Assembly: GCA_049513255.1 (NCBI GenBank)
Contig: JBEKWH010000006.1
Location: 80,890 to 144,889 of the forward strand
Origin: Solirubrobacteraceae bacterium
GTDB lineage: Bacteria > Actinomycetota > Thermoleophilia > Solirubrobacterales > Solirubrobacteraceae
Length of the DNA stretch: 64,000 nt
Direction of reading: 5' to 3'
Each line of letters opens with the position of its first letter. The first letter of the stretch is position 1. Under the pieces are notes generated by a model. That model ran no database searches, had not been told where the DNA came from, and saw only the letters and a program-made list of their open reading frames with translations. Position numbers and translations under genes: made by a program. Of this stretch, positions 50,809-60,074 are shown one piece after another.

Positions 50809-52526
50809 GCAGCGGCACGGTCACCCGCGTGAACGGGCCGATTGTCGAGGTCGCGGGACTGGGCGGGCTCGGCGTCGCTGAACTCGTGACCGTCGGACCG
50901 CGCCGGCTGGCGGGTGAGGTGCTGTCGCTGGCGGGCGAGACCGCGACCGTGCAGGTCTACGAGGAGACCTCCGGGCTGCGCCCGCGCGAGGCGGTGCTGG
51001 CGAGCGGGCATCCGCTCAGCGCCGAGCTCGGTCCCGGCCTGCTCGGCGGCGTGTTCGACGGCATGCTCCGGCGCCTGCAGGACGCCGGCCCGTGGCTGGA
51101 GCCGGGCGTCCTCACCGGGGCGCTCGATCCCGACCGGCGCTGGCGCTTCACTCCGAGCGTTCGCGCCGGCGATGACGTGGAGGCCGGCCAAGTCCTCGGC
51201 ACGGTGCCCGAGACCGGCGCGATCACCTACCGCGCGCTCGTCCCGCACGACCTCGCCGGCAGAGTCGAGACGATCCTCGACGAGGGCGAGGTCACGGTCG
51301 GCGAGACGATCGCGACCGTCGCCGGGCACGCGATCACGCTGGCCCACACATGGCCGGTGCGCCGCCCGCGGCCGGCCGCCGGGCGCCTGTCCTCCGGCCG
51401 GCCGCTGGTCACCGGGCAGCGCGCCGTCGACCTGCTGTTCCCGCTCTGCCAGGGCAGCACCGCGGGCGTGCCCGGCGGGTTCGGCACGGGCAAGACGCTG
51501 CTGCTGCAGCAGATCGCGAAGTGGTGCGACGCCGACGTGATCGTGTATGTCGGCTGCGGCGAGCGCGGCAACGAGCTCGCGGAGCTGCTCGAGGACTTCG
51601 CCGAGCTCGAGGACCCGCGCAGCGGCCAGCGGCTGATGGAGCGCACGGTCACGATCGTCAACACCTCCAACATGCCGCTGCTGGCGCGCGAGGCGAGCAT
51701 CTACACGGGTGTCACGGTCGCCGAGCACTACCGCGACATGGGCTACGACACCGTCGTGATCGCCGACTCGACCTCCCGCTGGGCCGAGGCGCTGCGCGAG
51801 TCGGCGGCACGCACCGAGGAGCTGCCCGCCGAGGAGGGCTATCCGCCGGAGCTGTCCTCGACGCTGGCCGCCTTCTACGAGCGCGCCGGGCGCTTTCAGA
51901 CGCTGACCGGCGCGCAGGCGTCGGTCACGATCCTCGGCGCGGTCTCTCCCCCCGGCGGTGACCTGGCCGAGCCGGTCACGGCGCACACGCGGCGGTTCGT
52001 GCGGGCCGTCTGGTCGCTCGACCGCCAGCTCGCCTATGCGCGCCATCACCCGGCGATCAGCTGGACCGACTCCTCCTCGCGCGACGCCGAAGCGATCGCG
52101 GCCTTCAAGGCCGCCGAGGGGGATGACGACTGGGCACAGCGCCGGCGCGAAGCCCTGCAGCTGCTGATGGACGCCGACCGGATCGAGTCGGTCGCCCAGC
52201 TGACCGGCGTCGAGAGCCTGCCCGGCCCGGAGCGCGTGACGCTCATCTCCGCGCGGCTGCTGCGCGAGGGTGTGCTGCAGCAGAGCGCGCTGAGCCTCAA
52301 CGATCGCTACTGCGCCACCGCCAAGCAGGGGGCGCTGCTCGCGCTGGTGCTCGACATCCAGCGAGCGCTGCTCGCGTCGGCAGATGGGGGCACCGCGATC
52401 GAGCGCATCGAAGCGCTCGACCTCTCCGACGTCGCGCGCATCCGCGACGAGTGCCCCGCCGACGACGTCGATGCGGTCGCGCGGCTGGGCGCCGAGATCC
52501 AGAGCCGAATCGCACGGCTGCGATGA
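50799..52526 (+). CDS. atpA: A/V-type ATPase catalytic subunit A
   Basis: VYEETSGL, Walker A GGFGTGKT, CGERGNE, DSTSRWAEALRE and PAEEGYP motifs. Confidence 0.97.
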   Translation: MELSSGTVTRVNGPIVEVAGLGGLGVAELVTVGPRRLAGEVLSLAGETATVQVYEETSGLRPREAVLASGHPLSAELGPGLLGGVFDGMLRRLQDAGPWLEPGVLTGALDPDRRWRFTPSVRAGDDVEAGQVLGTVPETGAITYRALVPHDLAGRVETILDEGEVTVGETIATVAGHAITLAHTWPVRRPRPAAGRLSSGRPLVTGQRAVDLLFPLCQGSTAGVPGGFGTGKTLLLQQIAKWCDADVIVYVGCGERGNELAELLEDFAELEDPRSGQRLMERTVTIVNTSNMPLLAREASIYTGVTVAEHYRDMGYDTVVIADSTSRWAEALRESAARTEELPAEEGYPPELSSTLAAFYERAGRFQTLTGAQASVTILGAVSPPGGDLAEPVTAHTRRFVRAVWSLDRQLAYARHHPAISWTDSSSRDAEAIAAFKAAEGDDDWAQRRREALQLLMDADRIESVAQLTGVESLPGPERVTLISARLLREGVLQQSALSLNDRYCATAKQGALLALVLDIQRALLASADGGTAIERIEALDLSDVARIRDECPADDVDAVARLGAEIQSRIARLR

Positions 52527-53935
52527 CAGCGGCGCGCGTGCCGATCGAGTACAGCTCGACGGCCTCGATTCGCGGTCCGTTGATCGTCGTCGAGGGCGTG
52601 CAGGACGTCGGCTGGAACGAGGTGGCCGAGATCCGGCTGGCCGGCGGCGAGGTGCGCCACGGCGTCGTCCTGGACGTCTCCCTCGACCACGCGATCGTCG
52701 AGGTGCTCGAGGGCACGGCCGGCATGCGCCTTGATGGGGTGCGCACCGCCTTCGGCGGTGCCCCGATGAGCGTGCCGATCACCGAGGAGTGGCTCGGCCG
52801 GGTGTGTGACGGTCGCGGAGAGCCGCTCGACGGAGGCCCCCCGATCCTCGGCAGTCACCGCCGCGAGATCAACGGCACGCCGATCAACCCCGCCGTGCGC
52901 ATCCCGCCCAGCGAGCCGATCATCACCGGTGTCAGCGCGATCGACGGGCTCGCGACGCTCGTGCGGGGCCAGAAGCTGCCGATCTTCTCGGTGGGCGGTC
53001 TTCCACACCTGGAGCTCGCCGCCCAGATCGCCGTGCAGGCGAACGTGGCGGGCGAGCCGTTCGCGGTCGTGTTCGCGGCGCTCGGGGTGACCCACGCGGA
53101 CGCGGCCTCGCTGCGGGAGACGCTCGAGACGCGCGCCGGCGAGCGGGAGACGGTGATGTTCATCAACACCGCCGAGGACCCGGTCGTCGAGCGCGTGATG
53201 ACGCCGCGCCTGGCGCTGACCGTCGCCGAGCACCTCGCGTTCGAGTGCGACCGGCACGTGCTGGTGCTGCTCGCTGACATGACCAACTACGCCGAGGCGG
53301 TGCGCCAGGTGTCGGCCGCCCGCGGGGAGGTGCCCACGCGGCGCGGCTACCCGGGCTACCTGTACAGCGACCTCGCCTCGCTGTACGAGCGCGCCGGTCG
53401 CATGCGCGGCCGCCGCGGCTCGGTGACGCTCGTGCCGGTGCTGACGATGCCCGCCGGCGACATCACGCATCCCGTGCCGGATCTGACCGGCTACATCACC
53501 GAGGGCCAGCTCGTGCTCGCAGCCGACCTGCACGCCCGCGGCGTGTACCCGCCGCTGGATCTGATGGGGTCGCTGTCGCGCCTGATGCGCAGAGGCGCCG
53601 GCGCGCAGCTGACGCGCGAGGATCATCTCGAGCTGTCCGACCAGCTGTACTCGCTGATGGCCCGAGCGCTGCAGGCGGCCGACCTCGCGGAGATCGTCGG
53701 CGCCGATGCGCTGCCCGCCGCCGACCAGCGCCTGCTGGCGTTTCGCACGGCGCTCGAGCGCGAGTTCCTCAGCCAGGGCCAGCAGGAGGCGCGCACCGTG
53801 GAGGCGACGCTCGACCTCGGCTGGCAGGTGGCCTCGCGCCTGCCTGCGTCGGAGCTGACGATGGTCAGCCGCCAGACCCTCGCCGCACGCTACCGAGGGG
53901 AGGAGACCGATGCCGAGCACGGGCACGTCGGGTAA
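52523..53935 (+). CDS. atpB: A/V-type ATPase subunit B
   Basis: RGQKLPIFS, DMTNYAEA, RGYPGYLYSDL, DITHPVPDLTGYITEGQ and SLSRLM motifs. Confidence 0.97.
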   Translation: MTAARVPIEYSSTASIRGPLIVVEGVQDVGWNEVAEIRLAGGEVRHGVVLDVSLDHAIVEVLEGTAGMRLDGVRTAFGGAPMSVPITEEWLGRVCDGRGEPLDGGPPILGSHRREINGTPINPAVRIPPSEPIITGVSAIDGLATLVRGQKLPIFSVGGLPHLELAAQIAVQANVAGEPFAVVFAALGVTHADAASLRETLETRAGERETVMFINTAEDPVVERVMTPRLALTVAEHLAFECDRHVLVLLADMTNYAEAVRQVSAARGEVPTRRGYPGYLYSDLASLYERAGRMRGRRGSVTLVPVLTMPAGDITHPVPDLTGYITEGQLVLAADLHARGVYPPLDLMGSLSRLMRRGAGAQLTREDHLELSDQLYSLMARALQAADLAEIVGADALPAADQRLLAFRTALEREFLSQGQQEARTVEATLDLGWQVASRLPASELTMVSRQTLAARYRGEETDAEHGHVG

Positions 53936-54530
53936 GGCGGCGCGGCTCGTGCTGCGTCAGCGGCTCGCCGTCGCGCGCCGCGGCGCCGACCTGCTCTCAC
54001 GCAAGCGCCAGGCGCTGCTGGCCGAGCAGCGCCGGCTGCGCGACGCAGCCACTGCGGCCGCCGGCGAGTGGGCGCAGGCGATCGCCGAGGCCGAGCGCTG
54101 GCTCGCCCGCTCGGCCCTGCTCGACGACGCCGGCGAGATCGCGCGAATCGCCTCCTATGCGCAGCACGCGCCGGAGCTGACGGTCGCCTGGGAGCCGCTG
54201 ATGGGCATCGTCCGGCCGCGCATCGCCGTCCTCGAGCAGGGCCCGGCGCCGCCGATCTCCTCGCTCGGCGGAAGCTCGGCTCTGCACTACGCAGCGCTCG
54301 CCTACCGGCGCGCGACCCGGGCGGCCGCCGCGCAGGCCGCCGCGCAGATCGCGCTCGAACAGGTCTCGCACGAGCTCGCCACCGTCGCCCGCCGCGCACG
54401 CGCGATCGAGCGACGCCTGATCCCCCGCCAGGAGGCCGAGCTGGCCACGCTCGAACTCAGCCTCGAGGAGAGCGAACGCGAGGAGGCCGCCCGCCTGCGC
54501 CTGCTGACCCGCCGCCGCGGCCAGCCCTGA
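53910..54530 (+). CDS. atpD: A/V-type ATPase subunit D
   Basis: ARRGADLLSRKR and RRARAIERRLIP...LEESERE motifs. Confidence 0.9.
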   Translation: MPSTGTSGKAARLVLRQRLAVARRGADLLSRKRQALLAEQRRLRDAATAAAGEWAQAIAEAERWLARSALLDDAGEIARIASYAQHAPELTVAWEPLMGIVRPRIAVLEQGPAPPISSLGGSSALHYAALAYRRATRAAAAQAAAQIALEQVSHELATVARRARAIERRLIPRQEAELATLELSLEESEREEAARLRLLTRRRGQP

Positions 54531-54534
54531 ATCG

Positions 54535-54600
54535 CGCGCGGGCCCACTTGAGATCCCGCGCGGGCCCATTCGAGATCCCGCGCCGGCCGACTCGAGATCC
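54535..54600. repeat. Three tandem imperfect 22-bp repeats
   Basis: CGCGCGGGCCCACTTGAGATCC, CGCGCGGGCCCATTCGAGATCC and CGCGCCGGCCGACTCGAGATCC, head to tail. Confidence 0.9.
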
Positions 54601-54611
54601 ACGACCGGCGC

Positions 54612-54989
54612 CTACACGCGAGCCTCCACGAGGCGCTTGATGGCGTCCAGCGTGCCCATCACTTCGCTGTCTGACGCGTCCCCGTGGGCGGTTGCGAGAA
54701 ACAGCGTCAGGTGCGAGCCATCCGGCTCGGGGCTGATCTGAATCCAGCCGTGGTAGGCGCTGTCGGGGGCGCCCCATTCGATCCGCTGCTCAGCCTGATT
54801 TGCCCGAAACCATGCCTCGCCGCGCTGCGTGTGGCCGTCATAGCGCGCCTCGATCGTGAGCTTGTCGCCCTCCCCGCGCTCCACGGCGGTCAACTGCGCC
54901 ACGTACTGCGGCAGGTTCTCCGGATCGGCGAGGGCAGCGAAGACCCGCTCGGGCGGCGCGCTTACGTGCTCGGTGTGCTCGTGCTCCAT
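54612..54989 (-). CDS. SRPBCC/polyketide-cyclase family protein
   Basis: VSAPPERVFAALAD.ENLP motif at the N-terminus. Confidence 0.85.
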   Translation of the reverse strand: MEHEHTEHVSAPPERVFAALADPENLPQYVAQLTAVERGEGDKLTIEARYDGHTQRGEAWFRANQAEQRIEWGAPDSAYHGWIQISPEPDGSHLTLFLATAHGDASDSEVMGTLDAIKRLVEARV

Positions 54990-55155
54990 CTCTCATGTCC
55001 TTTCAACGGTGCGGTGCGAACGCACGCCACCAACACGCGGGAAGCGACTCGAATTGGCCGTGGCCAGCCCGACCGCTCGGCATCTCCATCACCAAGCCTA
55101 TGTGCTGCCCGCTGTGACTGCTGTCGCGGTTACGAGGCCGGACGCGTGCGTCTGC

Positions 55156-56040
55156 TCACCCGCCGCCGCGCGGCGGCCTCAGTCGGCGCAGGCGCGCCAG
55201 CACCCGCGCGCGGGACTTGCGCCGTCTCAGCTTCAGCGGCTCGACGATGCCGAGCAGGTGCGTCTCGGCTCGCGCCCGGCGCCGAGCAAGCAGGCCGCCA
55301 CCGAGCCCGATCGCTGCAAGCGCGGCCAGGATCAGGCCGGGACGCGCGAGCTCGCGCCCGTACTCGCGCTGGACGGTCGGCCACAGCTCACGGTCGACCA
55401 GCTGGCTGAGCGCGTCTGGGTGATCTGCGACCGGGGCGGGGTCGATCGCCGGCAGGAACGCGACCTGCACCCGGCGGGGCTTGGGCAACGGCCCGAGCCA
55501 CAGCCGCTGCGTGCCCGCGATGGCGGCGGGGATTATGGGCGCACCGGTCATCAGCGCCAGCCTCCCGGCGCCATGGTGGGGAGCGCCGAGCGCGTGGGGA
55601 TCCTCCACCCTGGTGCCCTCGGGAAAGATCACGAGCACGCCGCCCTGCTCGAGGATCACCCTCGCGGTCTCCAGCGCTTCGGCGTCCGCCTCGCCGCGGA
55701 GCACGGGGAAGGCCCCCAGGCGTAGGAACAGCCAGCCGACCGGGCCTTTGAACAGCTCCGCCTTGGCCATGTAGCGCACATGGCGGCGCGTCGAGATGCC
55801 CACGAAGAACGCGTCGAGGAAGCTCTTGTGGTTGGGCGCGATGACCGCCGCACCGCGCGCCGGGATGTGCTCGCTGCCGGAGATGCGCACCCGAAACCAG
55901 AGCCTGAGCGGGGGCGTCAGCAGGAACCGGACGAGCGTGTACAGCGGGGCCACGACGCCGCGCTCGCGCGCTCGTTGATGCGCGGCGAGCCTGCGGCGAT
56001 CGCTCGGGCGTGTCCCGCGAGACTCATTTCGGCGTGTCAT
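55156..56040 (-). CDS. Lysophospholipid acyltransferase (PlsC family)
   Basis: NHKSFLD (HX4D), MAKAELF and FPEGTR motifs. Confidence 0.92.
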   Translation of the reverse strand: MTRRNESRGTRPSDRRRLAAHQRARERGVVAPLYTLVRFLLTPPLRLWFRVRISGSEHIPARGAAVIAPNHKSFLDAFFVGISTRRHVRYMAKAELFKGPVGWLFLRLGAFPVLRGEADAEALETARVILEQGGVLVIFPEGTRVEDPHALGAPHHGAGRLALMTGAPIIPAAIAGTQRLWLGPLPKPRRVQVAFLPAIDPAPVADHPDALSQLVDRELWPTVQREYGRELARPGLILAALAAIGLGGGLLARRRARAETHLLGIVEPLKLRRRKSRARVLARLRRLRPPRGGG

Positions 56041-56953
56041 CAGACCGGACTCGCGCGGGACGTTCGGCGGCTCGCTCGAACATCCCGCGCACGCGGTTGA
56101 CAGCAAACGCGGCTCGCGGCTGGGATCCGCGCCGGCCCGAACCCGGCGAGCCGGGTTCCCAACGGAACGTGAACAGCGCAAACGTGGCCGCCACGACGCC
56201 CCATATGAGCAGGACCTCCAGGTGCTGCCAGTGCAGCGCCGAGCCTCCCTGGATCGGGTTGAACAGGCTCTCGAGGTCGTCGGCGAACGGGCGCAGCGGA
56301 AAGAACGACGCGGTCTCCCGCAGCCAGTGCGGGGCGCTGTCGATCGGCATGAACACGTCGGATATGAAGCACAGCGGCAGGATCGTCCCCCACGCGACCG
56401 GGAGCGCCGAGTCGGCCCTGGGCACCAGCGCCGTCACCGCAAGCCCGAGCGCGCTGAAGCAGAACATGGCGACCGCTAGGACCAGCAGCGCTGCCGGCAC
56501 GGCGCTCCAGATCACTTCGAAGCCATACACGCCCGCACCGACGGCGACCACGACCACGGCCGAGATCAGCGCGACGAGCCCCGCCGAGACGAGCCGGCCG
56601 CTCATGTAGATCCACGGCGGCAGCGGTGTCCCGCGCAGCCGCTTGAGGATGCCTTCATCGCGCGCGAGGCTCGTCGCGGAGATCACGCTCATGTAGCACG
56701 CGTTGACCACCGCGAAGGCGACCATCGCCGGCGTGAAGAACTGCACGTAGGCGATCCCGCCGCGGCTGGAGAGGTGGGTGCCGCGGTACAGGAGGTTGAC
56801 CGCAAGCAGCACCATCAAAGGGATCACGAGCGTGGCGAACGATCCGATCGGAGAGCGCACGAGCACCCGCAGCTGGTAGACGACCTGCGCCGCGAGCAGC
56901 CGCCCCACGGACGGCCGCCGGGCAGGCGCGCGGCGCTGCTCAGCCGCCGCCAT
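56024..56953 (-). CDS. ABC-2 exporter permease
   Basis: RDEGILKRLRGTP motif and about six TMs. Confidence 0.9.
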   Translation of the reverse strand: MAAAEQRRAPARRPSVGRLLAAQVVYQLRVLVRSPIGSFATLVIPLMVLLAVNLLYRGTHLSSRGGIAYVQFFTPAMVAFAVVNACYMSVISATSLARDEGILKRLRGTPLPPWIYMSGRLVSAGLVALISAVVVVAVGAGVYGFEVIWSAVPAALLVLAVAMFCFSALGLAVTALVPRADSALPVAWGTILPLCFISDVFMPIDSAPHWLRETASFFPLRPFADDLESLFNPIQGGSALHWQHLEVLLIWGVVAATFALFTFRWEPGSPGSGRRGSQPRAAFAVNRVRGMFERAAERPARVRSDDTPK

Positions 56954-57857
56954 CGTCGCCGGCCTCCGTGAGCTGCAGGTAGACGTCTTCGAGCGAGGGG
57001 CCCACGACCTCCAGCCCGTGAAGCTCGATCCCGCAGCCGATCGCCCAGTTGCACAGCAGCGCCAGCACGTGCGTCGGATCCGCCGTCCGCAGGACCAGCT
57101 CGCCGTCACACAACTCGACCAGGTCGCGCACCTCGGCCGGCAGCTCAGCAACGCCGTGCGGGCTCGCCAGGCGGAACTTGATGATCGTCTCGTGCGGCGC
57201 GCTCCCGCCGAGCATGTCCGGGCTGCCCTCGGCGACGATCCGCCCGCCCGCGAGCACGACCACCCGGTCGGCGAGATGCTGGACCTCATCCATGTAGTGC
57301 GAGCTCAACACGATCGTGCGACCGAGCGAGCGCAGGCTCTCGATCAGCCGCCAGGCGCCCTGCCGCGCCCCGGGGTCGAAGCCCGTCGTCGGCTCGTCGA
57401 GGAAGATCAGGTCGGGGTCGCCGACGAGCGCGAGCGCCAGGTCGAGGCGACGACGCTGACCGCCGGACAGCGTCTTCACGCGCGCGCCGCGCTTGTCCTC
57501 GAGGCCGACCAGCTCGATCACGTCATCTGCCGGCAGCGCACGCGGATAGCACCCGCCGTACAGCGCCAGCACCTCGTGCACCGACAGCTCGCCGTCGAGG
57601 CCGGCCGACTGCAGCACGATCCCGATTCGCTCGCGCAGCGTGCGCCCGCCGAGCTCGGGATCGAGGCCGAGCACCGACACGCGTCCGCCACTGCGGCGGC
57701 GGTGACCCTCGAGGATCTCGAGCGTCGTCGTCTTGCCCGCCCCGTTGGGGCCGAGCAACGCGAGCACCTCTCCGTCCTCCACCCGAAAGCTCACACCACG
57801 AAGCGCGTCCACAGACCCGTAGCTCTTGAAGAGGCTGTCAACCTCGATCGCCGTCAT
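56940..57857 (-). CDS. ABC exporter ATP-binding protein
   Basis: GPNGAGKTT, LSGGQRRR, FLDEPTTG and SSH motifs. Confidence 0.95.
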   Translation of the reverse strand: MTAIEVDSLFKSYGSVDALRGVSFRVEDGEVLALLGPNGAGKTTTLEILEGHRRRSGGRVSVLGLDPELGGRTLRERIGIVLQSAGLDGELSVHEVLALYGGCYPRALPADDVIELVGLEDKRGARVKTLSGGQRRRLDLALALVGDPDLIFLDEPTTGFDPGARQGAWRLIESLRSLGRTIVLSSHYMDEVQHLADRVVVLAGGRIVAEGSPDMLGGSAPHETIIKFRLASPHGVAELPAEVRDLVELCDGELVLRTADPTHVLALLCNWAIGCGIELHGLEVVGPSLEDVYLQLTEAGDDGGG

Positions 57858-58621
57858 CGCGCAAGCAGCGTAAGCCCCTCGCGCGCGCGGGCTCTCCCAT
57901 CCGAGCGTCCGCAGCGTTCAACGCTCTCCGGCCGCGCACGCTCGGCAACCGCTCGCGCGATCTCCTGCGCGCTCGCCTCACCGAGTCCGAGCTCCACGAG
58001 CCCGGTCAGACGCCTGCGCAGATCACTCTGCAGGGCTGCGTCGACGATGGGCCACAGCTCGCACGGGCTGACGACCACGAGCTGGTCGAAGGCGCGACGC
58101 CGGTCGGCGCGCAGCAGCAGCTCGGTGACGCGCCGCGCGCGCCTGCGGTCGCAATCGTCGTGCACGGTCGCGAACTCCACGAGCATGCGCGATGAGCCTC
58201 GAAACAGTCGCGCCGCGCACCGGTCGACGACGGCGACGGCGTGGTCCCCGGGGCTGAAGATGCCCGCCAGCGGCTCGAGCCACGGCGAGGTGTCGATGAC
58301 CGCCATCGGTCCGACCGGGCTCGGCAGCGGGACGGCGGCGACCGCGGTCCCTTTCGCTGAGGAGAACAGGGCGAGGCTCCGCGTGCCGTAAGCCAGCCCC
58401 GGCGTGCAGCGCAGCATCGCATGCAGACGGCCTACGTCGGCCTCCACAGACCGCCGCTCTGTGTCAGCCATCAAGCGCTCGAGCGCATGCTCCCGCGTGG
58501 CTGCGCTTGAAGATCCCGTGCAGTCGAGGCCGAGGTAGACGCTCAGCACGGGATCGCCACCGGTCTCGAGCTCACCGAGCCGGCGCAGCGTGCCGATCCC
58601 TACCGCGGGCGCTGCCATCAC
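57854..58621 (-). CDS. Bacterial eRF1-like (baeRF/VLRF-type) protein, internally deleted and truncated
   Basis: PVLSVYL, LPSPV...D.SP.LEPL, VVDR..ARLF and FDQLVV motifs. The GGQ-equivalent loop and the C-terminal domain are not visible. Confidence 0.62.
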   Translation of the reverse strand: MMAAPAVGIGTLRRLGELETGGDPVLSVYLGLDCTGSSSAATREHALERLMADTERRSVEADVGRLHAMLRCTPGLAYGTRSLALFSSAKGTAVAAVPLPSPVGPMAVIDTSPWLEPLAGIFSPGDHAVAVVDRCAARLFRGSSRMLVEFATVHDDCDRRRARRVTELLLRADRRRAFDQLVVVSPCELWPIVDAALQSDLRRRLTGLVELGLGEASAQEIARAVAERARPESVERCGRSDGRARAREGLTLLAR

Positions 58622-58662
58622 GCCCGGCCCTCCTGCGATTCCGCGGCGGCGGCCATGACCGC

Positions 58663-59877
58663 TCAGCTCGCCGGCTGGAGGATCGACGCCCGCGCGGCGC
58701 GATGTGGCGTCGGATCGATCGCCTCGGCGCGGGACGCTGGCTGGCCGTTGCGAGTGAAACGTGGGACTGCGCCCGCCTCTGGGCGGATCGCGCGGTAATA
58801 GACGTCCTCATAGCCTGCGGCGACGATCGCCGCGTCGTATCGGGAGGCGACGCTTCGCCGGCAGCGCGCCGCGTCGATCTTCTCGAGCGATCGAGTCGCC
58901 TCGGCCATTGCCTGCACGTCGGCGACGTGAAAGCCGTTCTCGCCGTCGAGCACGATCTCGCCGGCGGCGCCTTCGGGGAAGGCGATCACCGGGGTTCCGC
59001 AGGCGAGCGCCTCGACCATCACCATCCCGAACGGCTCCGGCCAGCTGATCGGCATCAGGAACGCCTTTGCGCGCGCGAACAGATCCTTGCGGCGCACCCC
59101 GCCGACCTCGCCGGCGAACACGACGTTGCGGCCATCGACGTGCGCCTCGATCTCACTGTGGAAGTACGTCTCCTGCCCAGGCTGCACCGGCCCGGCGAGC
59201 ACGAGTCGCATGCCCGCGGCCCGGGCCGCCGCGATTGCGCGGTGGGCGCCCTTGATCGGGTCCATCCGCCCCATCCACAGCAGGTAGTCGTCCTTGTCCT
59301 CGCGAAACGGCCAGTCTTCGACCCGGATCGGATTGGGTACGACGTCGGCGACGCACACGCCGGACGGTGCGTGCTCGAGCTGGAAGTGGCTGATCGCGAC
59401 GAGTCGCGCCTTGTGGCCGTGTCGCTCGTAGAACGGGCACATCTCAGGGCTGAAGGGGCCATGCAGGGTGTGAACCACAGGCACCGAGACGCGGTCCGCC
59501 ATGGCCAGCGCGGTGAAGCCCGAGTGGTCATGTACGACATCGAACGGTCGAGCTTCCGTGGCGGCGCGATCGATCGCGTCATACGCGGCGGCGACGTGGT
59601 CTGACTCGTACAGCGACGAGCCGATCTCGTCAGGATGCGTGCCTTGCAACGGTGAGCACACGCGGGCGGCCGAGTGCGAGCCGGGAGCGGCGAACAGGGT
59701 CACATCGTGTCCTCGGCTGACCAGCTCCTCGCACAAGAGCGCGACGACGGCCTCGATCCCTCCATAGCCCGGTGGCGGCACCGTGATCCACGGCGGCGCG
59801 AGCATGGCGACCCTCAGCGCCCTCCGCTCCGCATCACGGGGGAGAGTCGTGATCTCGTGGAGGGAGGGCGCGGTCAT
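58663..59877 (-). CDS. Glycosyltransferase family 4
   Basis: VPPPGYGGIE, GRMDPIKG and EPFGMVMVEA.ACGTPV motifs. Confidence 0.94.
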   Translation of the reverse strand: MTAPSLHEITTLPRDAERRALRVAMLAPPWITVPPPGYGGIEAVVALLCEELVSRGHDVTLFAAPGSHSAARVCSPLQGTHPDEIGSSLYESDHVAAAYDAIDRAATEARPFDVVHDHSGFTALAMADRVSVPVVHTLHGPFSPEMCPFYERHGHKARLVAISHFQLEHAPSGVCVADVVPNPIRVEDWPFREDKDDYLLWMGRMDPIKGAHRAIAAARAAGMRLVLAGPVQPGQETYFHSEIEAHVDGRNVVFAGEVGGVRRKDLFARAKAFLMPISWPEPFGMVMVEALACGTPVIAFPEGAAGEIVLDGENGFHVADVQAMAEATRSLEKIDAARCRRSVASRYDAAIVAAGYEDVYYRAIRPEAGAVPRFTRNGQPASRAEAIDPTPHRAARASILQPAS

Positions 59878-60074
59878 GAACTTGAGGGCTGCTTGCGCGC
59901 CGTCCCGGCTGCAATATCCGCCGACCAGCGCATTTTGCGTCTGCATGACAGAAATTAATACTCTTGCGCGATCGGGGCATCCGCAGGCCGCCACCGGGAT
60001 CGAGCCGGAAACTACGGAGCCGGCCGCCCCCCGGGGGTCTACGATCGGCGGTTGATGATGAGAGCGTCGTCGCG

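Noticed and set aside
50799-53935. F-type ATP synthase or flagellar/T3SS ATPase
   Set aside because: The motifs and the I, K, F, D subunit set are diagnostic of the A/V type.
54535-54600. CRISPR array
   Set aside because: The repeats are contiguous with no spacers, there are only three units, and no cas genes are present.
55079-55093. Fluoride riboswitch (GGTGATGGAG on the minus strand)
   Set aside because: The complementary pseudoknot elements are not visible, and the downstream gene is SRPBCC, not crcB/eriC.
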